Shown piece by piece: positions 19,547 through 29,426 of a stretch of DNA of 64,000 nucleotides. The number at the start of each line of letters is the position of its first letter. Within the stretch, counting starts at the first letter, position 1. The DNA comes from a virus. The translations under genes and the position numbers were made by a program. The stretch lies in IMG/VR virus record IMGVR_UViG_3300028584_001238; one strand, 5' to 3'. Under the pieces are notes generated by a model, which worked only from the letters and a program-made list of their open reading frames with translations, ran no database searches and was not told the DNA's origin.

Positions 19547-19627
19547 TTTATATCACCTTTATTTTTTAGTTTAGTTAATCAAGCAGAACTATGGTTATAC
19601 CAACAGCTCAATAAATTATATTAAATA

Positions 19628-19814
19628 GTTACATTTTTCGATAGAAATTAGAAATTTGCTAATTTGTAACCACATTATATCAAGTATTTCAGGGAAATCA
19701 ACTACCAAAATGTGTCATATAGTTACACAATTCAGACATGTAACACTATTTTAGTGCTTTTCATGGCAAAGTAACACATTGTCGAGAGTTTTACTCGTCG
19801 TAACTCAAAGTAAC
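19628..19814. repeat. cluster of seven GTAAC/GTTAC motifs in an intergenic region
   Basis: Copies at 19628, 19666, 19722, 19740, 19771, 19800, 19810. Confidence 0.55.
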
Positions 19815-19916
19815 AGGATAATAAGATTAAAATATATTAAAATAAAATTTGTTAAAATGAAAAAACAAAAAAGACCTCACATGAAGTCTTTTTTTTGATT
19901 CAAAAATAATCGTTAA

Positions 19917-20420
19917 CTAGCGAGCAATGTCTTCTTCAATGTAAATAAGTGCATGATTGCTCCAGAATTCAACACATCGTTCATACTCTTCATCTGTTCG
20001 AATGTTGGTGTCATCGGGTTCTCGTTCTGATTGTCCACCCACATAAGCTGTCAATAAACGATAAATGTTATGCTTACATCGTTTAACAACAAAGGTCAAC
20101 TCATTAGAAGGCGTAGGTGTTCTGTTTTTGACCATTCTAGACTTCCATTTACGGCCCTTCCTCTTTGCATACACAATTTCATCTTCTGGCGTTGTTTCCA
20201 CACAAATAGTGGAGCCTATGATACGATCAAACGTAATCACAGGTTTCTGAATGGTTTCTTTTGTCGGTGTAAACATAGATAAGGCTTCTTCAAGCAATGG
20301 ATAAACATCCATATGAACCTGCATATGCTTGTTACTCAGAATAAGCACGTTATCATCACCAAAAAGTAAACGATTAAATTTAGGAGACTTACTTACACTG
20401 ATGTTATCCATAATAGTCAT
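19917..20420 (-). CDS. hypothetical protein
   Basis: 167 aa; IVYAKRKGR, LLTAYVG and FWSNHAL motifs. Confidence 0.75.
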   Translation of the reverse strand: MTIMDNISVSKSPKFNRLLFGDDNVLILSNKHMQVHMDVYPLLEEALSMFTPTKETIQKPVITFDRIIGSTICVETTPEDEIVYAKRKGRKWKSRMVKNRTPTPSNELTFVVKRCKHNIYRLLTAYVGGQSEREPDDTNIRTDEEYERCVEFWSNHALIYIEEDIAR

Positions 20421-20422
20421 CC

Positions 20423-20917
20423 TTATTTAAGCGAAGCGGCAAAGATATTGACTGGAAGATCTGTAAAATACATCTCAGTAGTAATGGTAGACACACCCGC
20501 ATAGCGTTTACCAACTGAACACTCAACATTCATTGTAATTTTACCACCATCACTGTTGATGATACGGGATGTCTTACTAGGGTCATCACGCCCCGGCCCA
20601 GTAGGATTGTAATTCTGTTCCACTAAATAACGTTTGAAAATAGAATCGTTGATGCCTACAATCATTTTTTCACAATCCAAATCTGAACGATACTCAACGT
20701 TACTGACCATTCGTTTCATTTTTTCATGCTCAAAAGTAACAGAAAGGTCATCTTTATGGCATTCTTCACCCATGCAAGAATAACCACGGGCGGTCAGAGC
20801 ACTTTTTCCCATTGAAAAGTCAATCCCATTAAAGGATACCTTGTTCATTGGAATGCTGGCTGCAGATACGATGGCAGAAAAAAGCATTGCAACAAAAATA
20901 AAGAGAGATTTAAACAT
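20423..20917 (-). CDS. secreted hypothetical protein
   Basis: Signal peptide ending VSA; four Cys. Confidence 0.75.
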   Translation of the reverse strand: MFKSLFIFVAMLFSAIVSAASIPMNKVSFNGIDFSMGKSALTARGYSCMGEECHKDDLSVTFEHEKMKRMVSNVEYRSDLDCEKMIVGINDSIFKRYLVEQNYNPTGPGRDDPSKTSRIINSDGGKITMNVECSVGKRYAGVSTITTEMYFTDLPVNIFAASLK

Positions 20918-21049
20918 ATGAACTCCGATGAGTGCTATTTATGAAGATAAATTATAGCACAATACTGCTATACCATCAATCACTTTATCATTGACTTAAA
21001 AGAAAAAATTGATATGATAATTTGAAAAAATAAGCATAAAGAGGTCTAA

Positions 21050-21628
21050 ATGATGAAAATGAGTAAACTTATATTACTGAGTGCATTAGCAGTGCTGGTG
21101 TCAGCCTGTTCAACGCATAAGGATTCAAAAGATAATGAAAACAATGCTGAACCAGAGTATAAAATCTATTCATTGGAATCGGGATCAACCGCTATCGAAA
21201 TACCTGAAAACAAGAAAACTATCAATGTCAGTTTAAACACAAAAATGTACAGTCCATCTATTAGCACAAGAGAGAGATCGATCACTGATGTTTATGAGCA
21301 GATCTGTCTTTCAAAGAAAAATAAAAATGACCAAGATATCACTTTAATTGCGTGCTTTAACGAAAAAGGATTTCAACAAGAATCAATGAATACAGAAGAA
21401 AATATATTTACCAAAGAAGAAGTGTCAAAAGGTATTGAACGAATTTCAATTCCACAAGGTTTAAAAATTGATACATTTTCTTTTGATTTAGACACTGACA
21501 AACAACCACAATATACAACTCGTAAAATGGAGTCCTATGATCAGCCAGAAACATACACAGTTATTAGACTACTCGCAAACAAAAATGTATGGTCTGGAAA
21601 AAGGATGTTGTATATACAGGAAAATTAA
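21050..21628 (+). CDS. putative lipoprotein
   Basis: Lipobox LVSAC; GAGGT RBS. Confidence 0.75.
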   Translation: MMKMSKLILLSALAVLVSACSTHKDSKDNENNAEPEYKIYSLESGSTAIEIPENKKTINVSLNTKMYSPSISTRERSITDVYEQICLSKKNKNDQDITLIACFNEKGFQQESMNTEENIFTKEEVSKGIERISIPQGLKIDTFSFDLDTDKQPQYTTRKMESYDQPETYTVIRLLANKNVWSGKRMLYIQEN

Positions 21629-21900
21629 TCAACAATAAGGCGAGATGTCTTATTAGTCCTAGCGTCAAGAACATTGCGAACAACAGCGAGGTTAGCAACA
21701 GGCACTGAACGAACACCAGACGCTGTTCGAACATCTGCAGTGTTACCAACGATTTTTGTAACAACGCCTTTGAAGTGTTTTGCAAAGTCTGAATGATGAG
21801 TGCGTTTAATCACACTTGCTTTCATAACAACTTCGTCTTTAACGTTAATTCTCATTTCGATAACTCCGTTCTGTTTAAGATGACTAATGATACCACACAT
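21625..21900 (-). CDS. small beta-barrel (KOW/SH3-like) protein (likely start MRINV)
   Basis: FKGVVTKIVGNTADV pattern; GGAG RBS before the internal ATG. Confidence 0.55.
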   Translation of the reverse strand: MCGIISHLKQNGVIEMRINVKDEVVMKASVIKRTHHSDFAKHFKGVVTKIVGNTADVRTASGVRSVPVANLAVVRNVLDARTNKTSRLIVD

Positions 21901-21988
21901 AAGAATCTATCGCAATTTTTTACAGAAAAACATAACAACAACCAGATGTTTTTGATGTATTAACAAAGAAGGCACCGAAGTGCCTTTT

Positions 21989-23455
21989 TTATAATTTGTA
22001 GTTTTGTTTGTTAACATACGTTTGAGATTCCTTTGCAATCTGCTGTAAACGAATATCGTTCACTTTTGACAAATCGTATTCTAAACCATCTATATGAACT
22101 TTTTGTTTAATAGGATCAATGACTGTTCTTGAAATAATTGGATTTTTTTCAACACTGTCATGAATATTTTTAGTTGTTTTAGCAACATCTCCACCATTAT
22201 CTCTAAACATTAAAGTACTTACTGCGTCAAATTGCATATGATCTTTCATTTCTTTTTCTATCTTTTTAGCAAAACTTTCAATACGGGAATCAATATTATC
22301 AGCCGTTATTATTTTACTATTAAACATATAGCGACCAGTAATTTTAACAGCTACAGCATCATATAAATCCAAGTTTCTATCGGCTTTTAAATCGTTAAAT
22401 ATGCTTTTTTTGTCAAGTGTTATTCCCATCTTATCTAACAAAGCCTGATGATTTTGTTTAACATTTTCTTTGAATAAAGTATCTGTCAAAATATAAGAAA
22501 ATTCAGAAATGTCATCGACTTTCATTTTTAATAAATCGGGGTTGTCGTTAATGACTTTCTTTAACTCAGTAATAGCATATGAGTCATTATGTCCATAATC
22601 TCTATCTTTCAAAGACATCACTCGCACTTTTATAAGCATGTCAGCAGCCTCGTTAAATTCTTGAAGACTTTTTGATTCAACACCGATCATGGTCAATGAA
22701 GTAATATCAGAATGAACTTCAGCTTGTAAAACATCTAAAGTGCCACCCAATCGGTCAGCTTGTCTAAAAGCTCCGTGTGCAAATTCATGATACACAATAT
22801 ATTTAGTCATTAATTCCTTATTAGCAATATTTCCGTAGAGTGCAAAATCTTGAGAATCCGCTTCGTTAAAATACATTTTCTGTGGACTGTTATCAACCAA
22901 TAACATAGCATTTTCATGAGTTGCTTGAAATGAATATGGATTGGGGAAAAAAAATCTATTACTGTGTTCGTTTGTTACATTTACTTCGACATAATTACCT
23001 TTCCAGAAAGGGTTTTCAAAGACTTTAACAGTTCCACTGGCTTCTTTGGCTAACTCTTTAATACTAGCAGCATTTATTTTGTGAATTTCATGACCTATAT
23101 AACTATGGTTCTGAATAGTATTACCTAGTTTAACATTCTCTTTAAAACTTTGTATTTTAGAATACATGTCCATGCCACGGTTATTGATCAAATTGGAATC
23201 AAGCTTATTTTTCATTTGTTCTATAACGACAGGATTATTAAAGGTGGGTGCAGTAGCTATATCATTGACTGAAATGGAATTGGCAGCAATGTTAAAAATA
23301 GACGCTCCTAATAAGCCATACAAAATACCCTTGTTTTGCTCAAGATAAGAACCAAAATCATAAAGTAAGCCTTTAGTGATTTTAAAGTCTTCTGTTTGAT
23401 AAAGTCTGTCATCGAAGTCTTCTTTTATATTATTAAGTTTTTGAAAGTTGTCCAT
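21989..23455 (-). CDS. HEXXH zinc-metallopeptidase-like protein
   Basis: YIVYHEFAHG plus downstream EVHSD (gluzincin-like third ligand); one N-terminal hydrophobic segment. Confidence 0.6.
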   Translation of the reverse strand: MDNFQKLNNIKEDFDDRLYQTEDFKITKGLLYDFGSYLEQNKGILYGLLGASIFNIAANSISVNDIATAPTFNNPVVIEQMKNKLDSNLINNRGMDMYSKIQSFKENVKLGNTIQNHSYIGHEIHKINAASIKELAKEASGTVKVFENPFWKGNYVEVNVTNEHSNRFFFPNPYSFQATHENAMLLVDNSPQKMYFNEADSQDFALYGNIANKELMTKYIVYHEFAHGAFRQADRLGGTLDVLQAEVHSDITSLTMIGVESKSLQEFNEAADMLIKVRVMSLKDRDYGHNDSYAITELKKVINDNPDLLKMKVDDISEFSYILTDTLFKENVKQNHQALLDKMGITLDKKSIFNDLKADRNLDLYDAVAVKITGRYMFNSKIITADNIDSRIESFAKKIEKEMKDHMQFDAVSTLMFRDNGGDVAKTTKNIHDSVEKNPIISRTVIDPIKQKVHIDGLEYDLSKVNDIRLQQIAKESQTYVNKQNYKL

Positions 23456-23628
23456 TGATAATAAATTATTGTTATTTATTTATATTATATCATATAATTT
23501 AAATATTTACTTTTATCAGTGTAAATTAAATATAGAGTGTTTAAAAATAGGATAATATAATAAATAAAAATTGAATTGGTCGTTTTAAATGGTAAGCTTT
23601 TTTAATCAATAATTAAAAAGGAGTTTAC

Positions 23629-24048
23629 ATGTTTCACTTGGTTATCGCAGTTATGGCAATTATTATGGTTCTTGTTTTGTCTTTTGCAACACTTTACCAT
23701 GCAGCTCCAGATAGGTTACCTGAATTTATAGCTTTACTTGTGGGATTCATTATACTTTCTAGCATTTCTTCTTTTTGTCAGAATAAGTTCAATGCAAGAA
23801 AATATAAAAAAGTAATTGAATTAAAAAAGAAAAAAATAAAAATGTTAAGAAATGATGAAATTCAAAATTATGTTGTGGACGCTCTTGTTAAACATGAATT
23901 AGATGCCAGCCATGTCAGAGAGTTGTTAAGTGTATTAACAATAGGAAAGATTAAGAAAGCAGAATTAGAAAAAGAGATCATAATTGCATACAGAAAAAAA
24001 TTAGGTTATGAAACAAATGAAATATTAGTAACAAGTCACAAACACTAA
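23629..24048 (+). CDS. membrane protein with pilin-like N-terminal helix
   Basis: MFHLVIAVMAIIMVLVLSFATLY plus a second TM; AAGGAG RBS. Confidence 0.65.
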   Translation: MFHLVIAVMAIIMVLVLSFATLYHAAPDRLPEFIALLVGFIILSSISSFCQNKFNARKYKKVIELKKKKIKMLRNDEIQNYVVDALVKHELDASHVRELLSVLTIGKIKKAELEKEIIIAYRKKLGYETNEILVTSHKH

Positions 24049-24072
24049 TTAAAAAAAAATAGAGTACAAAAG

Positions 24073-24098
24073 AAAAAACCCCAAGAAGGGGTTTTTTT
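24073..24098. terminator. bidirectional intrinsic terminator
   Basis: AAAAAACCCC-AAGAA-GGGGTTTTTTT between convergent genes. Confidence 0.8.
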
Positions 24099-24118
24099 GT
24101 TTATGACTCAATCAAGAC

Positions 24119-24238
24119 TTACTTGCGAGATTTTTTCTCATGACGTGCCCATTCACGCTCGATCTGGGCTGCAACTTCCGAATCACGCTTACGGTAAGCC
24201 AGTTCAATTTCACGTTTTACTTTTTCGCTTTGTGCCAT
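24119..24238 (-). CDS. small charged protein (39 aa)
   Basis: Manual translation MAQSEKVKREIELAYRKRDSEVAAQIEREWARHEKKSRK; GGAG RBS, TTGACA-17-TAGACT promoter, terminator downstream. Confidence 0.7.
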   Translation of the reverse strand: MAQSEKVKREIELAYRKRDSEVAAQIEREWARHEKKSRK

Positions 24239-24373
24239 GTTGTAGATCTCCAATTCTATTTAAGTTTGTTTGTTGCGGGTTAAGTCTATCTCTATTATGC
24301 TTTTTTGTCAATATTATTTTAAAAATTTACATCTCTAAATACTCCAATATCAAGTTAATAAATAGTTCAAGAT

Positions 24374-24478
24374 GTCGTAAAGTGTTCTATTGAACTGCTT
24401 GCCTACAAGCTGGTTTGTGGCGACTAGCATTTACGACCTTCGGTGTTTTCAACCTTTATTTAGTGCCTTTGTTTAAGT
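24374..24478 (-). ncRNA. candidate small structured RNA (three-way junction)
   Basis: GUCGUAAA/UUUACGAC closing helix enclosing two hairpins; TTGCCA-17-TAGAAT promoter at 24513-24485. Confidence 0.4.
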
Positions 24479-24596
24479 GTTTGTATTCTATCAATGTTTT
24501 TTGAAATTGGCAACAACTTTTTTTGATTTTTTAATGCTTTTTAGTATAAAGAAAAAGCTGGATTTTAAAATAAATTTGTGATAATGTATAAGGTCT

Positions 24597-25463
24597 TTGG
24601 AGAACATTATGTCAAGACATAAAATAACAATAAATTTCATTAGTGGCCTTAACTGGGGTGAAGAAGATCTTTTGTTTGGGATGCCGTCACCTTCACATTT
24701 TTGGAATAATACAAAACAAAGTTTAAGCCAAATTGTCAACCAAAATGGTGTGCAGCCAAGAGCTAAATCAACATTTTCATTACCTATACTAAATATGCCA
24801 CCTATGCAGTCAATGAACATGACGCTATTTGATTCTTGGATTGATTCCTTTCCTAAATTCAATAGCTATCCAAAAAATGAAAAAAAATATAAACATCTAA
24901 CGGATCTCAATCTTACAAATTTTAAAGAATTTTTGTACAACAACGAGTTTGTTGTCATCACCGAAGATGAGGCTACGATTATTGAACTGTTAGACAGTTC
25001 AGTTGACAATGAAGATATGACAGTCCATTTAAGTTTTGTAAACGATAAAGAAAAGCTTTTTGCGAACAAGAAAACATTCGTAAAAAATATTAATAATGAA
25101 TTGGTTTACTACTTCGATAATTTAAAACCAAGCGTTATCGAATGTAAAAATTCTGATATTATCATTAGTAATAATGTGTTTAATTATGAAACAAAACAGA
25201 GCTATATGGAACTCCATTATTACAAAGAACTTGGTGTATGGGTCAGACTAATCAAAAACCCAGTGGCTGAAAGAATCGTACCAGCTATTGTAGTAACTGA
25301 TCTTGATGACCATCCACTTGAAGTCCACTGTTATTATAAAAATAAGTATATTTCAAATGATCTATTAAATGAATTGAAACCAAACATATTAAAAGAAGAT
25401 TTTAGATCTACAGATTATTTTACAGTGAGAGATATTGAATTTTTAGATATGATCTTAATTTAG
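24597..25463 (+). CDS. hypothetical, paralog family C, MxxI-tagged
   Basis: RIVPAIV, LEVHCYYKN, LKPNIL; ends DIEFLDMILI. Confidence 0.8.
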   Translation: MENIMSRHKITINFISGLNWGEEDLLFGMPSPSHFWNNTKQSLSQIVNQNGVQPRAKSTFSLPILNMPPMQSMNMTLFDSWIDSFPKFNSYPKNEKKYKHLTDLNLTNFKEFLYNNEFVVITEDEATIIELLDSSVDNEDMTVHLSFVNDKEKLFANKKTFVKNINNELVYYFDNLKPSVIECKNSDIIISNNVFNYETKQSYMELHYYKELGVWVRLIKNPVAERIVPAIVVTDLDDHPLEVHCYYKNKYISNDLLNELKPNILKEDFRSTDYFTVRDIEFLDMILI

Positions 25464-25475
25464 AAGGAAATAAAA

Positions 25476-26381
25476 ATGACACGACATACAATCAGAGTTA
25501 AAAATATCTTCAAGACCGATTGGGAAAGTGATGTAGATCTTTTACAACTCCATCAAATTGCTGACAAATTTATAAACAGCTCTATCAGTAGTAACATCGG
25601 CAACAATATAAATGCTTTAAACATAGGAAATGTAGCTAATGTATTTGCTCAAAACAATCCATTAAAATCATTGTTAGGGCCAATTTACTACCAAAACACA
25701 AGCTTGTTTAAAAGAAACGCGGATAAAAAACCAGAATATAAACACTATCCTGAAATTGAGCCAAGCGTCAAATACATTAAAGATGTCATGGTTGACGATC
25801 TACAAGAGATTTTGTTCAGTCGTAACTTCATTAGTTTAAATAGCGAGAAGTACGAGGCATTGAATTCTTGCATAGATAATATTATTGATGACAATACAAT
25901 GATAGTAAACATTGATATCGACAACATAGATAAATATGACAAAGAATGTGAAGAAAAAGAACATCATTATATCTTGTCTAAAAAAGTATTCCTGAAACAA
26001 GTTGATAACAAGATTGATTACTACTTTGATGAAAACACACCTAGCATTATTGAATTCAAAGATTCTAACGTTATTTTGGCTCATGAAGAAGATATAAAAG
26101 ATACTGGTTCAAAAAAATCCTATATGGCACTGTATCATTACACGAAATTAAATGTAATAGTCCACTTGACGGTTAATCCAGACGAATCAAGAATAGTGCC
26201 TGCAATTATTATTTATGATATGGATAACAAACCACTAGAAGTGCATTGCTATTACAAAAATGAATACATTACACCTGACTTAATGGAATTATTAAAACCA
26301 AATATATTGATGGAAGATTTTAAAAATAAAGATTATTTCAGTAAAAAAGAAATGGATTTCTTAGATATGTTAAACATTTAA
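25476..26381 (+). CDS. hypothetical, paralog family C, MxxI-tagged
   Basis: RIVPAII, LEVHCYYKN; ends EMDFLDMLNI. Confidence 0.8.
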   Translation: MTRHTIRVKNIFKTDWESDVDLLQLHQIADKFINSSISSNIGNNINALNIGNVANVFAQNNPLKSLLGPIYYQNTSLFKRNADKKPEYKHYPEIEPSVKYIKDVMVDDLQEILFSRNFISLNSEKYEALNSCIDNIIDDNTMIVNIDIDNIDKYDKECEEKEHHYILSKKVFLKQVDNKIDYYFDENTPSIIEFKDSNVILAHEEDIKDTGSKKSYMALYHYTKLNVIVHLTVNPDESRIVPAIIIYDMDNKPLEVHCYYKNEYITPDLMELLKPNILMEDFKNKDYFSKKEMDFLDMLNI

Positions 26382-26431
26382 AAAAAGAAGCCTGAAATCA
26401 ATCAGGCTTTTTTGTATCTGCTTTTTAATGA

Positions 26432-27250
26432 TTAAGACAGTGCTTCAATGGATTTTTTAAAATGCTCAATGTCCTTATTGATTTTTGCAATGGCAAATCG
26501 CTTGCACTCATCTTTATCAATAAAGACAAAAGTATCACTGTAACCTGTTTCAAAATACTGATTAACATTAGTCTCATCATTGTATTGTTTAAAATCACGA
26601 GTAGAAATCATGCCATCTACCTTATCACCAGAAAGGTTTCTAAAAGCTACCTCCATAGAAATAACATTGTCTTTATCAACAGAAACCTCGATACTAGATG
26701 GTATAACTTCAATCACTTCACTGTGTTTATTAACGCTATTAGAATGTTTAAATTGATAATAGACTTTATCATTTTCAAAATAAGTCACAGGCAAATGAAA
26801 CTGCTCAGGAAGATACTTAGTGTAAAGGTTAAAATCAATCTCAGAATTCAGATTGTTACGAACCAATTCTAAATTACTACGAGCAAGATCATTTTTTACA
26901 AGAAAATCGTAAACATTTTGACTCGCCTCTGGTTTAAGCCATCCTTTACGATAAAAGAAAAGCTCCCATTTGCTAGCGAATTTTTTCGACATCAAATCAC
27001 TGTTGATAATAGTTTTATGCGAATTAATAGTCACTTTGGCTTGGAGTGAACCACAGGCTTCTTCAAAATCCATACTTTCATCATCATCAAAAATAGAATG
27101 ATATTGACCAAGTTTTTCAACAATCTCATACCCAAAACGATTATTAGAGCTTTCTAAAATAAAATAGTGTCCAAACTTAGCAATAGCTTCTTGTTTAGAA
27201 ATGGATGTGTAATTTTGCATGAAGGAAATCTCCTGTTTTAATAATGGCAT
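26432..27250 (-). CDS. hypothetical protein (likely start MQNYT)
   Basis: AGGAG RBS before the internal ATG. Confidence 0.75.
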   Translation of the reverse strand: MPLLKQEISFMQNYTSISKQEAIAKFGHYFILESSNNRFGYEIVEKLGQYHSIFDDDESMDFEEACGSLQAKVTINSHKTIINSDLMSKKFASKWELFFYRKGWLKPEASQNVYDFLVKNDLARSNLELVRNNLNSEIDFNLYTKYLPEQFHLPVTYFENDKVYYQFKHSNSVNKHSEVIEVIPSSIEVSVDKDNVISMEVAFRNLSGDKVDGMISTRDFKQYNDETNVNQYFETGYSDTFVFIDKDECKRFAIAKINKDIEHFKKSIEALS

Positions 27251-27546
27251 TATACCACAAAAACAATAAAAACAAAAGATGTTTTCAAGAACAACGAAGT
27301 GTAATGATTACTTATATTGACGTGTTACATTTTTATCATAAAAGCGGATGTGTTTGCTGTCATAGCAATCAAGGTGCTGATAACCTAAGAAGGCACTGCA
27401 AGATGGGCATTTAAAGTCCATATAGCTATTACCACAACAACCCCAGCCAGAAACAAATGCCAACTGAGCTTGGTCGATGATATCTTCTGGAGAGACAAAA
27501 ATGTTATTTTTGGAATTTCGATATTGATTGAACTGCAGCATATAAG

Positions 27547-28879
27547 GGTTTCTAACTGTCCATTCATTCTCTGTTCAAACCTGATCATTTACTTTTTTTG
27601 CTCTTGACTTTATTCTATTTAGTTCTATAATTATCTGAATTAAATAGGGTTATTGATGATTAAATCTCATAAAATTGAACTGAAGCCAAATAAGTCTCAA
27701 CTGACTTATTTAAGCCAATCTGCTGGTACAGCTAGATTTGCTTATAATTGGGCTTTGTCTCAATGGATAGATGATTATGAATATTATCAAAAACATCCTT
27801 TTTCTTGTTCCATTTCTCCCGCTTCAACTCGTTATGAAGGTGAATTAAGAAAACGTCTAAACTCCATTAAAAAGAAAGAATTTCCTTGGATGTACAACGT
27901 TTCCAAATACGCACCACAACAAGCTATAAAAAATTTAGGTGCTGCGTTTGTCAATTTCTTTGCTAAACGTGCTCAATTTCCTAAATTTAAAAATAAATAT
28001 CATCACGATTCTTTTGAAATTGGCAATGATCAATTAAAAGTTGATGGTCGGTATTTAATCATTCCTAAGTTAAAACCGATTAAAATGAAAGAATCATTAC
28101 GATTTAATGGTTCTATCAAAATTGCTGTTCTGTCCAGAACGGCAGGTAAATGGTTCGTGTCTCTTTCTATTGAAGTTGATGACGAATCCATTGTTCATAG
28201 CAAAAACCACGCTATTGGTATAGATCTTGGTATTAAAGCATTTGCAACGTACTTTGATGGTGTTAAGCATTGGAATTCTCCAACGCTTAAACCTTATCGA
28301 ATATTGCAAAATAGAATTAAAGTCCTTTCAAGACAACTTTCAAGAAAGGAAAAAGGTTCTAACAATCGTTATAAAGCAAGAGTTAAATTGGCTAAATTAC
28401 ATTCACGTATTGCCAATATTCGTAAAGACTATTTACATAAACTCACTCACTTTTTAACGAACAACTACTCTATTATTGGTATTGAAACACTTGACGTAAA
28501 AACTATGTCTAAGAATAGACTTCTCTCAAAGTCTATTCTTGATGCAGGATTTTATGAATTTTCAAGACAATTACAATATAAGTCTAATTTATATGGATCA
28601 ACAATAATTAAAGCCGATAAGTTTTATCCATCGACAAAACTCTGTTCAAAATGTAATTATAAATTAGCCACACTAAGTTTAAGTGTTAGAGCTTGGACAT
28701 GTCCAAGCTGTAATACTTACCATGATAGAGATGAAAATGCTTCCACGAATTTATATAATTATGCTGTTAGTTCAACAGTGAAAGTTTGTGGAGAGATGGT
28801 ATAAATAAGCGATTATTTATACCACTTATTGAAGCAAGAAATTAATGATGATCAGATTTGATCAGATTTTTTAGAACGG
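27547..28879 (+). mobile_element. non-autonomous IS607-like element carrying only tnpB
   Basis: GGTT at both junctions (27547-27550, 28878-28881); right end AGAACGG with repeated GATCAGATTT, inverted near-copy AAACCTGATC near the left end; no transposase ORF. Confidence 0.75.
27653..28804 (+). CDS. tnpB: RNA-guided endonuclease TnpB
   Basis: N-terminal HTH (HKIELKPN...ARFAYNWAL); RuvC D in GIDLGIK, E in IGIETL, D in DRDENAS; Zn finger CSKC/CPSC. Confidence 0.95.
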   Translation: MMIKSHKIELKPNKSQLTYLSQSAGTARFAYNWALSQWIDDYEYYQKHPFSCSISPASTRYEGELRKRLNSIKKKEFPWMYNVSKYAPQQAIKNLGAAFVNFFAKRAQFPKFKNKYHHDSFEIGNDQLKVDGRYLIIPKLKPIKMKESLRFNGSIKIAVLSRTAGKWFVSLSIEVDDESIVHSKNHAIGIDLGIKAFATYFDGVKHWNSPTLKPYRILQNRIKVLSRQLSRKEKGSNNRYKARVKLAKLHSRIANIRKDYLHKLTHFLTNNYSIIGIETLDVKTMSKNRLLSKSILDAGFYEFSRQLQYKSNLYGSTIIKADKFYPSTKLCSKCNYKLATLSLSVRAWTCPSCNTYHDRDENASTNLYNYAVSSTVKVCGEMV

Positions 28880-29117
28880 TTCGCATGTTTCAATAACGCA
28901 AATGTTCCTTTCTTGATCGAATAAGTTGGATTGGGATCATATTCACAGCCTTCTTCAAAACGTGCAGCTACAATAACAGAACCATCAACAGGAATTTCAT
29001 TGACGATAACTGGATCTTTTACAAAGTCTTTAACTGGATAAAGATCGTTGGTCAGAATAGTGTTACATTTTTTACAAGCCAAACGCATTAGTGTTAATCC
29101 TCATTTTCAATACAACC

Positions 29118-29303
29118 TTACCAACCAGTATTATCTTTATCAAAAGTATTAGCTTCACGCCGCTTAGTCTCTGTTCTGGACTCTTCCAGATTGATTTCAG
29201 CGATAGTAGCATAAATGTTTTCTCCACATTCAAGACAGATTTCGGTAAAGTCTTGAACTTTCTTGTGTTTACAATTAGCAAATCTCTCAGCTCTTGTAGA
29301 CAT
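29118..29303 (-). CDS. small Zn-finger protein
   Basis: MSTRAE...CKH...CLECGE; AGGAG RBS. Confidence 0.65.
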   Translation of the reverse strand: MSTRAERFANCKHKKVQDFTEICLECGENIYATIAEINLEESRTETKRREANTFDKDNTGW

Positions 29304-29426
29304 TTTAAATGCTCCTGTATTGGATAATTGCCTAATTATAACATTTTTAATAATTTGCGTCAAGATTAAGATAAACAATGATACTAATGGACTTTATTTT
29401 TGAATTATGATATTATTTAAAATATT

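Larger units (their letters stand above)
27308..29088 (-). pseudogene. Cys-rich (Zn-binding) hypothetical gene interrupted by the IS
   Basis: Removing the element at the duplicated GGTT joins MRLACKKC...KHAN to PYMLQF...GCCG...CPSC... in frame (~149 aa). Confidence 0.8.

Noticed and set aside
24097-24393. 98 aa plus-strand ORF
   Set aside because: It starts inside a terminator and is antisense to a 39 aa gene that has an RBS and promoter
27653-28804. Cas12f/Cas14 CRISPR effector or IStron
   Set aside because: No adjacent array or cas genes; IS ends are identifiable and only ~100 bp precede tnpB, too short for an intron core
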